A DNA stretch of 64,000 nucleotides, taken from an uncultured delta proteobacterium (GTDB lineage: Bacteria > Desulfobacterota > WTBG01). Under the pieces are notes generated by a model, which saw nothing but the letters and a program-made list of their open reading frames with translations, did not search any database and was not told the DNA's origin. The DNA lies in contig CAWCBP010000010.1 of NCBI GenBank assembly GCA_963793865.1, positions 1 to 64,000 of the forward strand. The letters run 5' to 3'. A program made the translations under genes and the position numbers. Below are positions 31,595 to 42,270 of this stretch, piece by piece (the first letter of the stretch is position 1; each line of letters starts with the position of its first letter).

Positions 31595-32449
31595 TTATGG
31601 TCTTATGAGGGATCGCGGGCTTATCAGATGCCTGTCAAAACCGACTTCGCCATACCCTTTGCCCTGCGCAAGCAGGATCAATTGACTCAGATACACGATG
31701 GGAAGTTGACGCCCTGAGATGCCCTTCCGCCCCAGCTGCGCCTGCCTCATATCCAGATTGGACTGGCAGAGGGGACATACGACCACGACGGCATCGGCGC
31801 CCACCCCGTTCGCGGCAGCCAGTATTTCACCCACCAGGCGGAGGACGGTATCGGTTTTAGTGATGGAAAAGCTCGCCCCGCAGCACTCTGTCTTGTGAGA
31901 CCAGTCCGGCGCATCCGCCCCCAGCGCGGAGATTATTTCATCCATCATGGTGGGGTTTTCCTTGTCTTCCATCTCGATGCCCCTGAGCCTGGTGAGACAT
32001 CCGTAGTAGGAGACCAGCTTCATTCCTTCCAGCGGTTTGACAACGGTCTTTTTGAGCGCCTCCAGTCCCAGATCATGGTGGAGAAAGTCAACCAGGTGCC
32101 TGAGCGCAATATCCGGGGCGCGCTGATCATCCACAATCTCATGCAGCCGCTGCTTATGGGCGCCGCCGGTGGTCACCTCTTTCTTCGCCAGGAGGAGATG
32201 ACTGTGGCAGGCGGGGCAGGGGGACAGGATGGAGGAGAGCTTCTGGGTATCGGCCTTGAGAAGATTTCGCAAGGGCAGCGCCAGCGCGAGCTCTTCGCTC
32301 AGCGCGGCGGCAGGGGTTGCGCCGCAGCAGTTCCAGTCTTCTATCTCCACCAGCTCGACACCGCAATTCCGGGCGAGCAGCCTCACTGACGCATCATACT
32401 CCTGAGCGGTGCTGGTCAGGGAACACCCGGGAAAATATCCAATCTGCAT
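31595..32449 (-). CDS. hdrB: Heterodisulfide reductase subunit B
   Basis: YFPGCSL, WNCCGA, CPAC, YYGC, ECCGAS, CPLCQSNLD. Confidence 0.9.
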   Translation of the reverse strand: MQIGYFPGCSLTSTAQEYDASVRLLARNCGVELVEIEDWNCCGATPAAALSEELALALPLRNLLKADTQKLSSILSPCPACHSHLLLAKKEVTTGGAHKQRLHEIVDDQRAPDIALRHLVDFLHHDLGLEALKKTVVKPLEGMKLVSYYGCLTRLRGIEMEDKENPTMMDEIISALGADAPDWSHKTECCGASFSITKTDTVLRLVGEILAAANGVGADAVVVVCPLCQSNLDMRQAQLGRKGISGRQLPIVYLSQLILLAQGKGYGEVGFDRHLISPRSLIRP

Positions 32450-32467
32450 ACAATCTTCTCGGCTTGA

Positions 32468-33022
32468 TCAGGTAAATTTTTTGCTCTTGCGAAAGATCTC
32501 GCGTATGTCGCGCAGTCCTTTTATCCTGTGGGGAAGCAGGCCCAATTTGCCCTTGCGCAGCATGGTCGGCCCGAAGCCCGCATCCTTCAGGGGTTGACCG
32601 GTGGTGAGATTGAACCTGGTCACCATGCCCAGTTCATACACACGACCGTGGTGCTTAATGGAATCGGTAAAAATGGTGTTGAAGCCGGATATCTTCCTGT
32701 CGGCAGGCGGATACCCCTTGTCCAGGGTAAGCTTGCGCAGGGTGTTCATCACCAGGGCAATGTCAATATCATGGGGGCATCTGATGGAGCAGGTCTGGCA
32801 GCCGGCGCAGAACCAGAAGGTGTTGGCGGTGAGCACCTTTTCCTCCTGATTGAGGCGGATCAGCTCCATGATCTGATTGGGGATGTATTTCATCTCACTC
32901 GCGACCGGACAGCCGGAAGAGCACTTTCCGCATTGAATGCATTTCCCCACGTCCTCCCCGCAGCGCTCGATGATGAGGTTCCTGAAGGCGTGAATCTGTT
33001 CTCCTCGAAGTATGGTCAGCAT
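32468..33022 (-). CDS. hdrC: Heterodisulfide reductase subunit C
   Basis: CIQCGKCSSGCP and WFCAGCQTCSIRCP. Confidence 0.9.
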   Translation of the reverse strand: MLTILRGEQIHAFRNLIIERCGEDVGKCIQCGKCSSGCPVASEMKYIPNQIMELIRLNQEEKVLTANTFWFCAGCQTCSIRCPHDIDIALVMNTLRKLTLDKGYPPADRKISGFNTIFTDSIKHHGRVYELGMVTRFNLTTGQPLKDAGFGPTMLRKGKLGLLPHRIKGLRDIREIFRKSKKFT

Positions 33023-33034
33023 ATTCCCGCGCTC

Positions 33035-34996
33035 CTATGCCGTTTTCAGGGCTGAGGCGATCTGGGAGTGGATTTGCTCGTCGGTAAATCCCTTCACCTC
33101 GATTGCCCGTACCCTGCAGGCTGAACAGCAATTGCCGCACCCCTGGCAGAGGGACTCCACCACATGCGCCAACACCTTTCCGTCGTGTGACGTTTCCTGA
33201 ATGGCATTAAAGGGACACACCTCGATACAGTTGAGGCATCCGGTACAGCGGGTTTCATCCACCCCGGCGATCTTGGGTTCAATAATCATCTCCTGCTGAG
33301 AGAGGATGCTGCATACGCCCACGGCGGCAGCACCGCTCATGGCGACCGTGTCGGGAATATCCTTGGGAAACTGGCAGCTCCCGGTCAGGTAGATCCCCCG
33401 GGTAACGCTGGCGACGGGCTCCAGCTTGGGGTGAATTTCGGTATAAAAGCCCAGCCCGTCAACAGGAATGTTCAGTTTCTGGGCAAGCTGCTTTGCATCC
33501 GGTTGCGCTACCATTGCGGTCGCCAGGACCACCAGATCGGCTTCGATCCTGACCGGTTCCCCCAGCAGGGTATCCGACCCGCACACTATCAGTTTTTCTC
33601 CCTGCTGGTAGATTTTTGAGACCCGTCCCCGGAGGTAAATTGCGCCTGACTCCTCCTGGACCCGGTTGAGAAATTCCTCGTAGTTCTTTCCCGGGGAACG
33701 AATGTCGATGTAAAAAACGTAGGACTGGCTGTCAGGAATATGATCCTTGAGGAGGAGCGCATGCTTTGCCGTATACATGCAGCACACCCGGGAGCAATAG
33801 GGCATGCCCTTGCTGGGATCCCGGGAGCCCACGCACTGGATAAACACCACGGTCTTCGCCTCTTTGCCGTCAGAAGGACGGATGACCTTGCCGGCGGTGG
33901 GGCCTGAGGTGTCGAGCATGCGCTCAAGGTGGAGGCCGGTGATGATATCCTTGAACTTTCCCGCCCCGTACTCGCCATAAACGGTCCAATCGAAGGGTGA
34001 AAATCCGGTGGCAACCACGATGGCGCCGAACTTTTCCGTAATCAGCTCATCCTGCTGCTCGTAGTCAATGGCGCCGGTGGGGCATACCTTGGAGCACACC
34101 TGGCACTTCCCCTTGGTGAAGTAGGTGCAATTTGCCCTGTCAATGGCCGGCACATTGGGAACGGCCTGGGTGAAGGGGGTATAGATGGCCTTGCGGTTTC
34201 CCAGCCCCATATCGAACTCGCTTTGAATCTTGCGGGGGCACTTCTGCTGACACTCTCCGCAGCCGGTGCATTTGCTCATGTCCACCGAGCGCGCCTTTTT
34301 GCGGATGGTGACTTCAAAGTTGCCGACGAATCCCCGCACCTCCTCAATCTCGGCATAGGTATAGAGTCTGATGTTTTCGTCCTGGGATGACTCCGTCATC
34401 CGGGGGGTGAGTATTCAGGCGGAACAGTCTAATGTGGGGAAGGTCTTTTCCAGCTGCGCCATGCGGCCCCCGATGCTGGGGGTTTTTTCCACCAGGGTGA
34501 CCGGATAGCCCGCCTTGCTGATGTTCAAGGCGGCCTGCATGCCGGCAATCCCGCCCCCGATTACCAGCGCCCTTTTTTCAACCGGCATCTTCATGGGGGT
34601 GAGGGGTACGAGCCTTCTCGCTTTGGCGACGGACATTTTGGTTAAATCAAAGGCCTTCTCCGTTGCCTTTTCCTTGTCCTCATGCACCCAGCTGCACTGC
34701 TCCCTGATATTGGCCATTTCAAACTGGTAGGGGTTGAGGCCTGCCTTGCTCACGCATTTCATGAAGGTGGCTTCGTGCATGCGGGGGGTACAGGAAGCGA
34801 CGACCACCTTGTCCAGGCGGTGTTCCCTGATGGCCTCCTGGATGGCGGTCTGTCCGAGTTCGGAGCAGCTGTATTTGAGCTCCTGGGCAACAACCACCTC
34901 GGGCAGCGCCTTTACCCGTTCCACCACCCGGGCAACATCCACCACCCCGGCGATATTGGTACCACAATCACAGACAAACACACCCACCCGTGCCAT
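33035..34996 (-). CDS. hdrA: Heterodisulfide reductase subunit A, selenocysteine form
   Basis: VFVCDCGTNI, ANIREQCSWVH, VIGGGIAG, KTFPTLDCSA-TGA(34415-34417)-ILTPRM continuing in frame; QCVGSRD, YCSRVCC. Confidence 0.9.
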
Positions 34997-35189
34997 TGCC
35001 GGTAACCCCTTGATGCGTTAAAAGCGAGAAGTGATGCATGATACAGGTATAGAAAACAAATGCAAATCCGAAGCATCGAAATCCGAAACAAATCCAAAAT
35101 TCAAAGCACAAATGTTCCAAACGGGCACTATAAAAACCTACACACAGGGCTCCTGTAAACTGTCAACCGTCAACTGTAAACTATTTTTG

Positions 35190-35321
35190 AACCACGAAGC
35201 CCACGAAGAAAAAACCAAGAACTGAGATCACGAAGAAAGAAACCAAAGTCCCTGTAATTTTTCCAATTCTCAATCGTTCATGCACGACTGAGAAGTCTTG
35301 CTTCGTGCCCTGTACGTGGTT
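35190..35321. repeat. CACGAAG palindromic element (class II core), preceded by GATGCA, AAATCC and TGTAAAC modules
   Basis: Arms plus hairpin ttctcaatcg..cgactgagaa (35267-35294). Confidence 0.8.
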
Positions 35322-35332
35322 ATATCATTTCC

Positions 35333-37379
35333 TCAACCCGGGCTTTTCTCCAGCCTCACCGCGCATACTTTGAACTCCGGAATCTTTGCGACAGGGTCCA
35401 GGGCGGCATGGGTCAGGACATTTGCTGCCGCCTCCGCAAAGTGGAAGGGGATAAACACCACCTTCTTCCCCACGCGCTCGGTAATGATCACCCTCGTTTC
35501 AATGGCGCCCCTTCGAGAGGCAATTTTCACCATTTCGTTTTCGCTGATGCCCAGCTGTTTCGCGTCTTCGGGATGAACTTCAATATAACCCTCTTTCATT
35601 TCGGCATGGAGAGAGGGAGAGTTCCGGGTCATGGTACCGGTGTGGTAGTGGACAAAGGACCTCCCCGTGGTAAGCTGGTAGGGATAGTCCGCATCATTAA
35701 GCTCAGCAGGCGGTTTATAGGTGACGGGGTGAAAGAGCCCCTTGCCCCTGGTGAACATGTCTTTGTGGAGAAATTTTGTCCCCGGATGCTCCCTGGTGGG
35801 ACAGGGCCACTGCAGGCCCCCCTGTTCCAACCGGTCATAGGTAATGCCTCCGTAGCTCGGGGTAAGGGCGGCAACCTCTTCCTGGATCGCCGAGGGATGG
35901 GGATAATCCATCGGATATCCCATGGCCCCGGAGAGATCGCAGAGAATCTGCCAATCGGCCCTGGCATCGCCTAAAGGTTCGATGGCCTTGCGTACCCGCT
36001 GTACCTTTCTTTCCGTGTTGGTAAATGTTCCTTCCTTCTCCGCAAAACTTACCCCCGGCAGGACCACATCGGCGAGCCGGGCGGTCTCGGTCAGGAAGAT
36101 ATCGATGACCAGGAGGAAGTCAAGGGCGTTGAGCGCCTCCGCTACGTGGCGGAGATCGGGATCGCTCACCATGGGATTTTCCCCCAGGATGATCATCGCC
36201 TTGGTGGTTCCCGCCAGGGCGCCGTCGAACATGTCCATGATGGTGAGTCCCGGCTTCCGGGAGAGCGCTGTCCCCCAGGCGGCCTCAAACTTTTTCGCGG
36301 TCTCTTCGTTGTTTACCTGCTGGTAACCGGGATATACGTTGGGCAGCGCACCCATGTCACAGGCGCCCTGGACATTATTCTGCCCGCGCAAGGGGTTTAC
36401 CCCTCCGCTCTCCACTCCCACCCGTCCGCAGAGCATGGCCAGGTTTGCCAGTGATTTTACGTTGTCCACGCCGGTGGTATGCTGGGTAATCCCCATCGCA
36501 TACACGATGGATGAACTTTTGCTCGTGGCAAAGGCGCGGGCGATTGAGCGCAGATCGTTTGCGCTCACCCCGGTTATCTCCTCCACCTTTTCGGGGGTAT
36601 ACGGGGGCAAGCGCTTCCCGCAGCTGATCGAACTGTTCCGTCCGGGCGGCGATGTAGTCCTTATCCTCCCACCCCTCTGTGATGATGGTCTGCATGATGC
36701 CGTTAATCAGCGCCACATCCGTCCCCAGCCTCTGCCTGACATGGATATCGGCATAGTGGGCAAGATGAATCTTCCGGGGGTCGGCCACAATGATGGTTGC
36801 CCCCCGCTCTTTGGCCTTGAAAATCCGGGAAGCGATAAGGGGGTGGGCCTCCGAGGTATTGGACCCTATGATGAAGATGCACTCCGCATCTTCCAGCTCG
36901 TCGATGGAATTCGTCATGGCGCCGCTTCCGAAGGCTGCCGCCAGACCGGCGACGGTCGAGCTGTGTCAGAGACGGGCGCAGTGATCAACGTTGTTTGTCC
37001 CCACCGCCGCCCGCATCAATTTTTGCATGAGGTAGTTTTCCTCGTTGGTGCACTTGGCCGAGGAGAGGCAGGCAATGCTTTCGGGGCCGGAGGATTCTTT
37101 CAGCGCCTTTAATTTTGAGGACACGACCGAGAGGGCCTCCTCCCAGGAGGCTTCCTGCAGCTCCCCGTTCTTCCTGACCAGGGGGGTGCGCAGCCTCTTT
37201 TCACTGACGACAAATTCATGGGCGGTCCATCCCTTGATGCAGAGGGCGCCGTGGTTGACGGGATTGGACTTGCCGGGCAACACCCCCACAAGCGCTCCGT
37301 CCAGCACTTCCAGGAGCAGTTCACATCCGCAACCGCAGTACACACAGGTGGTGGGGACGGTAAAGTAATTCAAGTGCAC
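35333..37379 (-). CDS. fdhA: Formate dehydrogenase alpha subunit (selenocysteine), no N-terminal NuoG domain; one frameshift
   Basis: [25 protein letters not shown](36966-36968)-[29 protein letters not shown]. Confidence 0.9.
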
Positions 37380-37388
37380 TACCTCTTG

Positions 37389-38192
37389 CTAATGATGATG
37401 TTCGGTTATATCAAAGCTTCCGTCGCCGAGCGTCTGGATGGGGGACGTCGCCTCACCATCTTCTCCGGGGAGAAAGTCGAAGTGCTCTTTTACAATTTCC
37501 CGCACCTTGCGGTAGAGGGTTCTCAAAGGGATGGCCGCCGGGCACGCTTCTTCGCAGAGCCCGCAGTCGATGCACCTCCCCGCCATGTGGAAGGCGCGGG
37601 AGAGATGGAAGGCAGGCACCTGCGGGGGGATTTCACCCAGCGGGATAAGCGGCGCGTCTTCCAAAGTGCATACCTCGCAGAAGCAGACCGGGCAGATGTT
37701 GCGGCAGCCGTAGCACTTGATGCACTTGCCGAACTGGTTGACCCAGTAACGGAAGCGCTCGTCAAGCGGAAGGGACTCGATGGTCTCGAGGGCGGTGCGA
37801 TCGGGCGGGACGACCCGGACTTCACCCGGACCGCACTGGGAGGGATAGGGCTGGGGGCACGTGCACCGTTCCGCCAGCTCTTGGGAGCAGCGTACCCCTA
37901 CCGGGATCACTTTGGTGCGGTCGAGTTGTTGATTCCGGTAGAGCTCAATCAATGCCTTTTCATCGCATCCTCTCACCATGATTCCGAGGGTGTGCTCAGG
38001 ATAACGGCGGGCGATCTTAAGGATAATTTTGGCAAGGGGATAGCGGGTGTCACCTGCGGTGAGCGCCCGCACATCCTCCGGATCGGTGAAGAGGAAGGGT
38101 ATGGACTGACCGTTTATCTGCCGCATTCCTAAAAACGCGGAGATGGTACCCCCTTTGAGGAGTTCTTCGACTTTCCGGGAAAGTTCATCCAT
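37389..38192 (-). CDS. FdhB/FrhB-like (Flx-type) Fe-S subunit
   Basis: RGCD, CIKCYGCRNICPVCFCEVC, HMAGRCIDCGLCEEACP. Confidence 0.8.
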   Translation of the reverse strand: MDELSRKVEELLKGGTISAFLGMRQINGQSIPFLFTDPEDVRALTAGDTRYPLAKIILKIARRYPEHTLGIMVRGCDEKALIELYRNQQLDRTKVIPVGVRCSQELAERCTCPQPYPSQCGPGEVRVVPPDRTALETIESLPLDERFRYWVNQFGKCIKCYGCRNICPVCFCEVCTLEDAPLIPLGEIPPQVPAFHLSRAFHMAGRCIDCGLCEEACPAAIPLRTLYRKVREIVKEHFDFLPGEDGEATSPIQTLGDGSFDITEHHH

Positions 38193-38201
38193 ACGAGCGG
38201 T

Positions 38202-38636
38202 CTAGCGATTAAACGGAATTGTTTTAATGGGAGTAGGCCCCAGGGTTCTGACCGTTTGGGTAAATTCATCCGCCACGCGGGCAAACTTGTCACCTTCTGA
38301 CGCGGCAATCCATTCCAGGCGCAACCGCTCGGGTGAAATGCCGAGGAAGTTGATCAGCTCCTTTAATATCATTACCCTTTTGGCGGTGATATAGTTTCCC
38401 TTCAGGTAGTGACAATCACCGATATGGCATCCCGTAACCAGTACCCCGTCAGCCCCCTCCTGAAAGGCCTTAATGATAAAGTGGGGAGAAATTCGCCCGC
38501 TGCACATCACCCGAATGGGGCGGATATTGGATGAGTATTTTAACCTCATACCTCCCGCGAGATCAGCCCCCGCGTAGCTGCACCAGTTGCAGCAAAATGC
38601 TATGATTTTCGGTTCGAAGCTGCTGTCCTGAGACAT
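38202..38636 (-). CDS. mvhD: MvhD/FlpD 2Fe-2S subunit
   Basis: FCCNWCSYAGADLAG, RVMCSGR, GADGVLVTGCHIGDCHY..GN. Confidence 0.9.
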   Translation of the reverse strand: MSQDSSFEPKIIAFCCNWCSYAGADLAGGMRLKYSSNIRPIRVMCSGRISPHFIIKAFQEGADGVLVTGCHIGDCHYLKGNYITAKRVMILKELINFLGISPERLRLEWIAASEGDKFARVADEFTQTVRTLGPTPIKTIPFNR

Positions 38637-38969
38637 GCAATTCTCTTGATTTGTCGTGGATGTGCACGTGAGGATTTTTTCACTAACACACCGCTCTGCG
38701 GGTTGTCAATGAATTTGTAGCGGCGATGGGGTATCCACTAAACACGGGACAGGATTCAGGATGCACGATGCAGGTTGGAGAAATAAATCCGAAGCACAAA
38801 ATCCTAAATCCCAAACAAATCCAAATTTCAAAGCTCAAATGTTCCAAACGGCCACCACGAATCCCACGAAGATGTATGCACAAAGGACACGAAGGAGCCT
38901 CTGGAAACTGACATCTGTAAACTGGTATGTTTTGACCCTGCTCCCTCAACCCTGCCCCCTGTATTTGTC

Positions 38970-39152
38970 ACCACGAAGCCCACGAAGAAAAATCAAAAAA
39001 CGAGTTCACGAAGAAAGACTCTGAACTTTTTAATTTTCAGTCGTGCGTGCACGACTGAAAATTCTTGCAGTAGGACGCGGCAGGTCGCGTCCTACTTAGA
39101 CACTTGTTTACTTCGTGTGCTTCGTGTCTTACCCTTCGTGCTCTTCGTGGTT
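38970..39152. repeat. CACGAAG palindromic element (class II core)
   Basis: Arms plus AATTTTCAGTCGTGC/GCACGACTGAAAATT (39032-39063) and GTAGGACGCG/CGCGTCCTAC. Confidence 0.85.
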
Positions 39153-39181
39153 ACATCCTTTTCTGTGGACAGTGCACGATG

Positions 39182-39393
39182 TGGGGTCAGGTCTTGAAAT
39201 ATCAGTTTGCAAGTGAGGGGCGTCAGGATATCGAATATTGGACGGGGGTTAATCAGATTTCTCGCTTTACTAGAAATGAAAAACCGAAGAAAACACTGCC
39301 TATGTTCTGATGCCACAACGGAGCACAAGCCACAATTCTCAGCAATAATAAGAAGCTTTGCCTTCAAAACTGATATTTCAAGACCTGACCCCA
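39182..39393. mobile_element. MITE-like element with 27-bp TIRs, copy 2
   Basis: Differs from 31286-31498 by one substitution and one indel by eye. Confidence 0.8.
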
Positions 39394-39469
39394 ATAGAAG
39401 GTGTTGTTTCGCACATCCATTTCAGTATGTTTTGTGAACCCTGCCCCTGTGTTTTGACCCTGCACCCTC

Positions 39470-39739
39470 TCAGTTCAGCGTTATCTTGCCGGTGATCAGC
39501 AGGGGGAGGCGACTGCCGTGAGAGGTGCACAGCGTATAGGAGGTAAGGCTTGCTTCCGAGCGATTTTCTGTCAGGGATATCATTATGTCCTGGTAGGCCG
39601 GATGATCATAAGGGATCCGCGCAGAGTAGTGAGACGCGGACTTGTATTTGAATTTTCTCATGCCTTTTGATACGCAATACTCGAGCACGCCGAAGCCCGC
39701 GAGCAGAAGGTGAATACTGATAATGAGAAGTCTATGCAT
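39470..39739 (-). CDS. Small hypothetical protein with N-terminal hydrophobic segment
   Basis: 89-aa ORF occupying the non-repeat interval between two repeat modules. Confidence 0.4.
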   Translation of the reverse strand: MHRLLIISIHLLLAGFGVLEYCVSKGMRKFKYKSASHYSARIPYDHPAYQDIMISLTENRSEASLTSYTLCTSHGSRLPLLITGKITLN

Positions 39740-39759
39740 AAACTAAGCACCAAAATTAT

Positions 39760-39949
39760 AACCACGAAGGGAACAAAGGCTTTACCACGAAGAGCACGAA
39801 GAAAAACAACTACCCGACGAAGGACACAAGCAGCGCAATGAGAAAGGGGCAGGTATACATTGGTCGTCGGGCCACAGTCCGCTGTATAGTAAAAAGGAAC
39901 TTTTGCTCTTCGTGAGCTTCGTGTCCCCCTCTTCGTGCACTTCGTGGTT
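39760..39949. repeat. CACGAAG palindromic element
   Basis: AACCACGAAG... and ...CTTCGTGcaCTTCGTGGTT arms. Confidence 0.8.
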
Positions 39950-39977
39950 ACCTCTTGCCCGTGGCTTTTCCAGTTTT

Positions 39978-42010
39978 CTACATGGCCTCGACCACGATCT
40001 CAGCCACGTCCTTCACTTTCACCTGGTCCTGGCGTTTTCGTCTTGCAGGCCGTCCTCGAACATGGTCATGCAGTAGGGGCAGGCCACGGCGATGGTTGAG
40101 GGATTCAGGGCAGGGCCTCCGGCGTCCGCTCAAGATAGATGCGCCTGCCGATGTCTCCGTCCATCCACATCCTGCCGCCGCCCGCGCCGCAGCAGAAGCT
40201 GTTCTGCGCGGCATCGGGGCATCTCCAGCGGCGGCTTGCCGCCGATGCGGCCGCTGATGATCACCTCGCGGGGCTCGTTGTAGCATGCCGTTGTACCGGC
40301 CCAGGTAGCAGGAATCGTGGAAGACGATCCTTGCCGTCCAGGCCCGGCCGGAAAGCGTAATGCGCCCCTGCTCCAGGAGCAGTCGGCAATGAGCTGCGTG
40401 TGGTGGATCACCTCGAAGTCGGCCCCGTACTGCGCGTAGTCGTTCTTCAGGGTGTTGAAGCAGTGCGGGCAGAAGGTGATGACCTGCCGGACGCCGTGTC
40501 GTTTGAAGAGTGCGATGTTCTCGCGGGCCAGCATGTCGAAACACGTACTCGTTGCCCAGCCGCCGCAGCGGATCGCCGCAGCACTTCTCGCGGGTCCCCA
40601 GGATTCCCCAGGAAAGGCCGGCCCGGATTGAAGATCTCGGCCAGGGCCAGCGTGACCGTCTGGCGGTTCCGGGAATCGAACGAACCGGAGCATCCGACGA
40701 AGAACAGGTAATCCACCTTGGCGTCGTCGGCCATGACTCGGACCTCATGCTCCTGGGCCCATTTCGCCCGCTCGGCGGGGCGCGATGCCCCAGGGATTGA
40801 ACCGCTGCTCGGTGTTCTCGAAGAGGTTGGTCAGCTCTTCGGAGGAACTCGGCCTTCTCCATCACCAGGTGCCGCCGCATGCCGATAAGCTTGGGGACGT
40901 GCTCGATGAACACGGGGCAGGCGTTACCATGCAGGCGCCGCAGGTGGTGCAGGCCCAGATGGCGTCGGTGCGAGACGCTCGTCTCCGCGGCCGTTAATCA
41001 GGGGCCATGTCATGGAGGCGTCGTGCGCGGGCTGAGGCCAGGCTGTCGGCCGGCCGGGTGGCCATGAGGACGCTGCCGTTGGCCAGCAGGTTCAGCTTTC
41101 CCTCGTGGATCACCTCCTGGGATTCAGCGGCTTGCCGGTGTTGTGGGCGGGGCAGCACGCCTGGCACCGCCCGCACTCCGTGCAGGAGAAGAAGTCCAGC
41201 AGGTCCTTCCAGGTGAACTGGAAGACCTTGGAGACGCCGAAGGTGTTCCCCTTTTTGAAGACCATGCGCGGCACCGTGTTGACGAAGTCGAAGCTGCGGA
41301 AAAAGCAGTTGGGAATGGCGGTGAGGATGTGCAGGTGCTTGCCCTGGGGCAGGTACGTCGAGAAAGAAGAGCAGGGCCAGGGCGTGGATCCACCAGAAAA
41401 TCCGGGCAAGCAGGTGGACCTGTTCGGGAGGGTATCCGGCGGCCAATCCGACAGAGGCGGCGCGACAGCGGCATCCAGGCGGCCATCGACGGTCCCTCCC
41501 CAGATGGATCTCGCAGGCATGCAGCCCGAAGTAGGCGACCATGAGGGAGGCGACCAGGGCCAGGATGAAGTAGGCGTCAAGCGTGGCATCGATGTGGGGG
41601 GGCCGGAAAGCGACCCGCCGCATCACGCCGCGATCACCACGCAGGCCAGGACCACCAGCGACATGCATGTCGGCCATGAGCAGCAGCATGCCGGATAGAG
41701 CATGGCCCCAAGGAACTCGAAGGAGAAGCGGGGGAAACACGCCCGCCACCAAGAACTGGGCGTTGACCAGCAGCAGGACCATGAATCCCCAGAAGATGAG
41801 GAAGTGGTTCAGCCCGAATTTTTCGCTCACCACCCGCCGCTGGCCGAAGGCGTACACGAACATGCCTCTCAGACGGGCCCAGAGGTGATCAAAGCGGTTT
41901 TCCCACTGGCCCAGGCAGAGGAAGGAGAAGAGCCTGAAAACATTCCTTGGGAAAAAGCCGACGCCGCACACCAGCAGGACGGCAAAGATGAGGGATTCTA
42001 CGGCGCTCAA
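39978..42010 (-). CDS. Membrane Fe-S oxidoreductase (FadF/HdrF-like, ETF:quinone oxidoreductase type), heavily frameshifted
   Basis: [69 protein letters not shown] spread over several frames. Confidence 0.8.
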
Positions 42011-42162
42011 GGGAACTCCTTTATTGAGGGTACAGGCAGGGTTCAGGGTCAGGGTCAGAACAGTAAGCCAGACAGTGACAGATCAGCGACAGGGTAACAA
42101 GGAACAGAAGAGTCTATGGCAGTCAGTCCACAGTCGAAAGCAAAGACAAAAAGAGAATCATC

Positions 42163-42224
42163 GTAAGGGCAGGCCCCTATGCCTGCCCGGAATATAATAG
42201 GGCAACCACAGGGGGTTGCCTCTC
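42163..42224. repeat. Degenerate GTAG-type REP doublet
   Basis: gtaagggcaggcccctatgcctgccc...agggcaaccacagggggttgcc. Confidence 0.7.
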
Positions 42225-42270
42225 CTATTTCTTCGTGATCTGCTTCTCTCTTTCTTCGTGCTCTTCGTGG

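Noticed and set aside
38202..38636. Selenocysteine in MvhD
   Set aside because: The relevant positions are Cys codons; there is no in-frame TGA.
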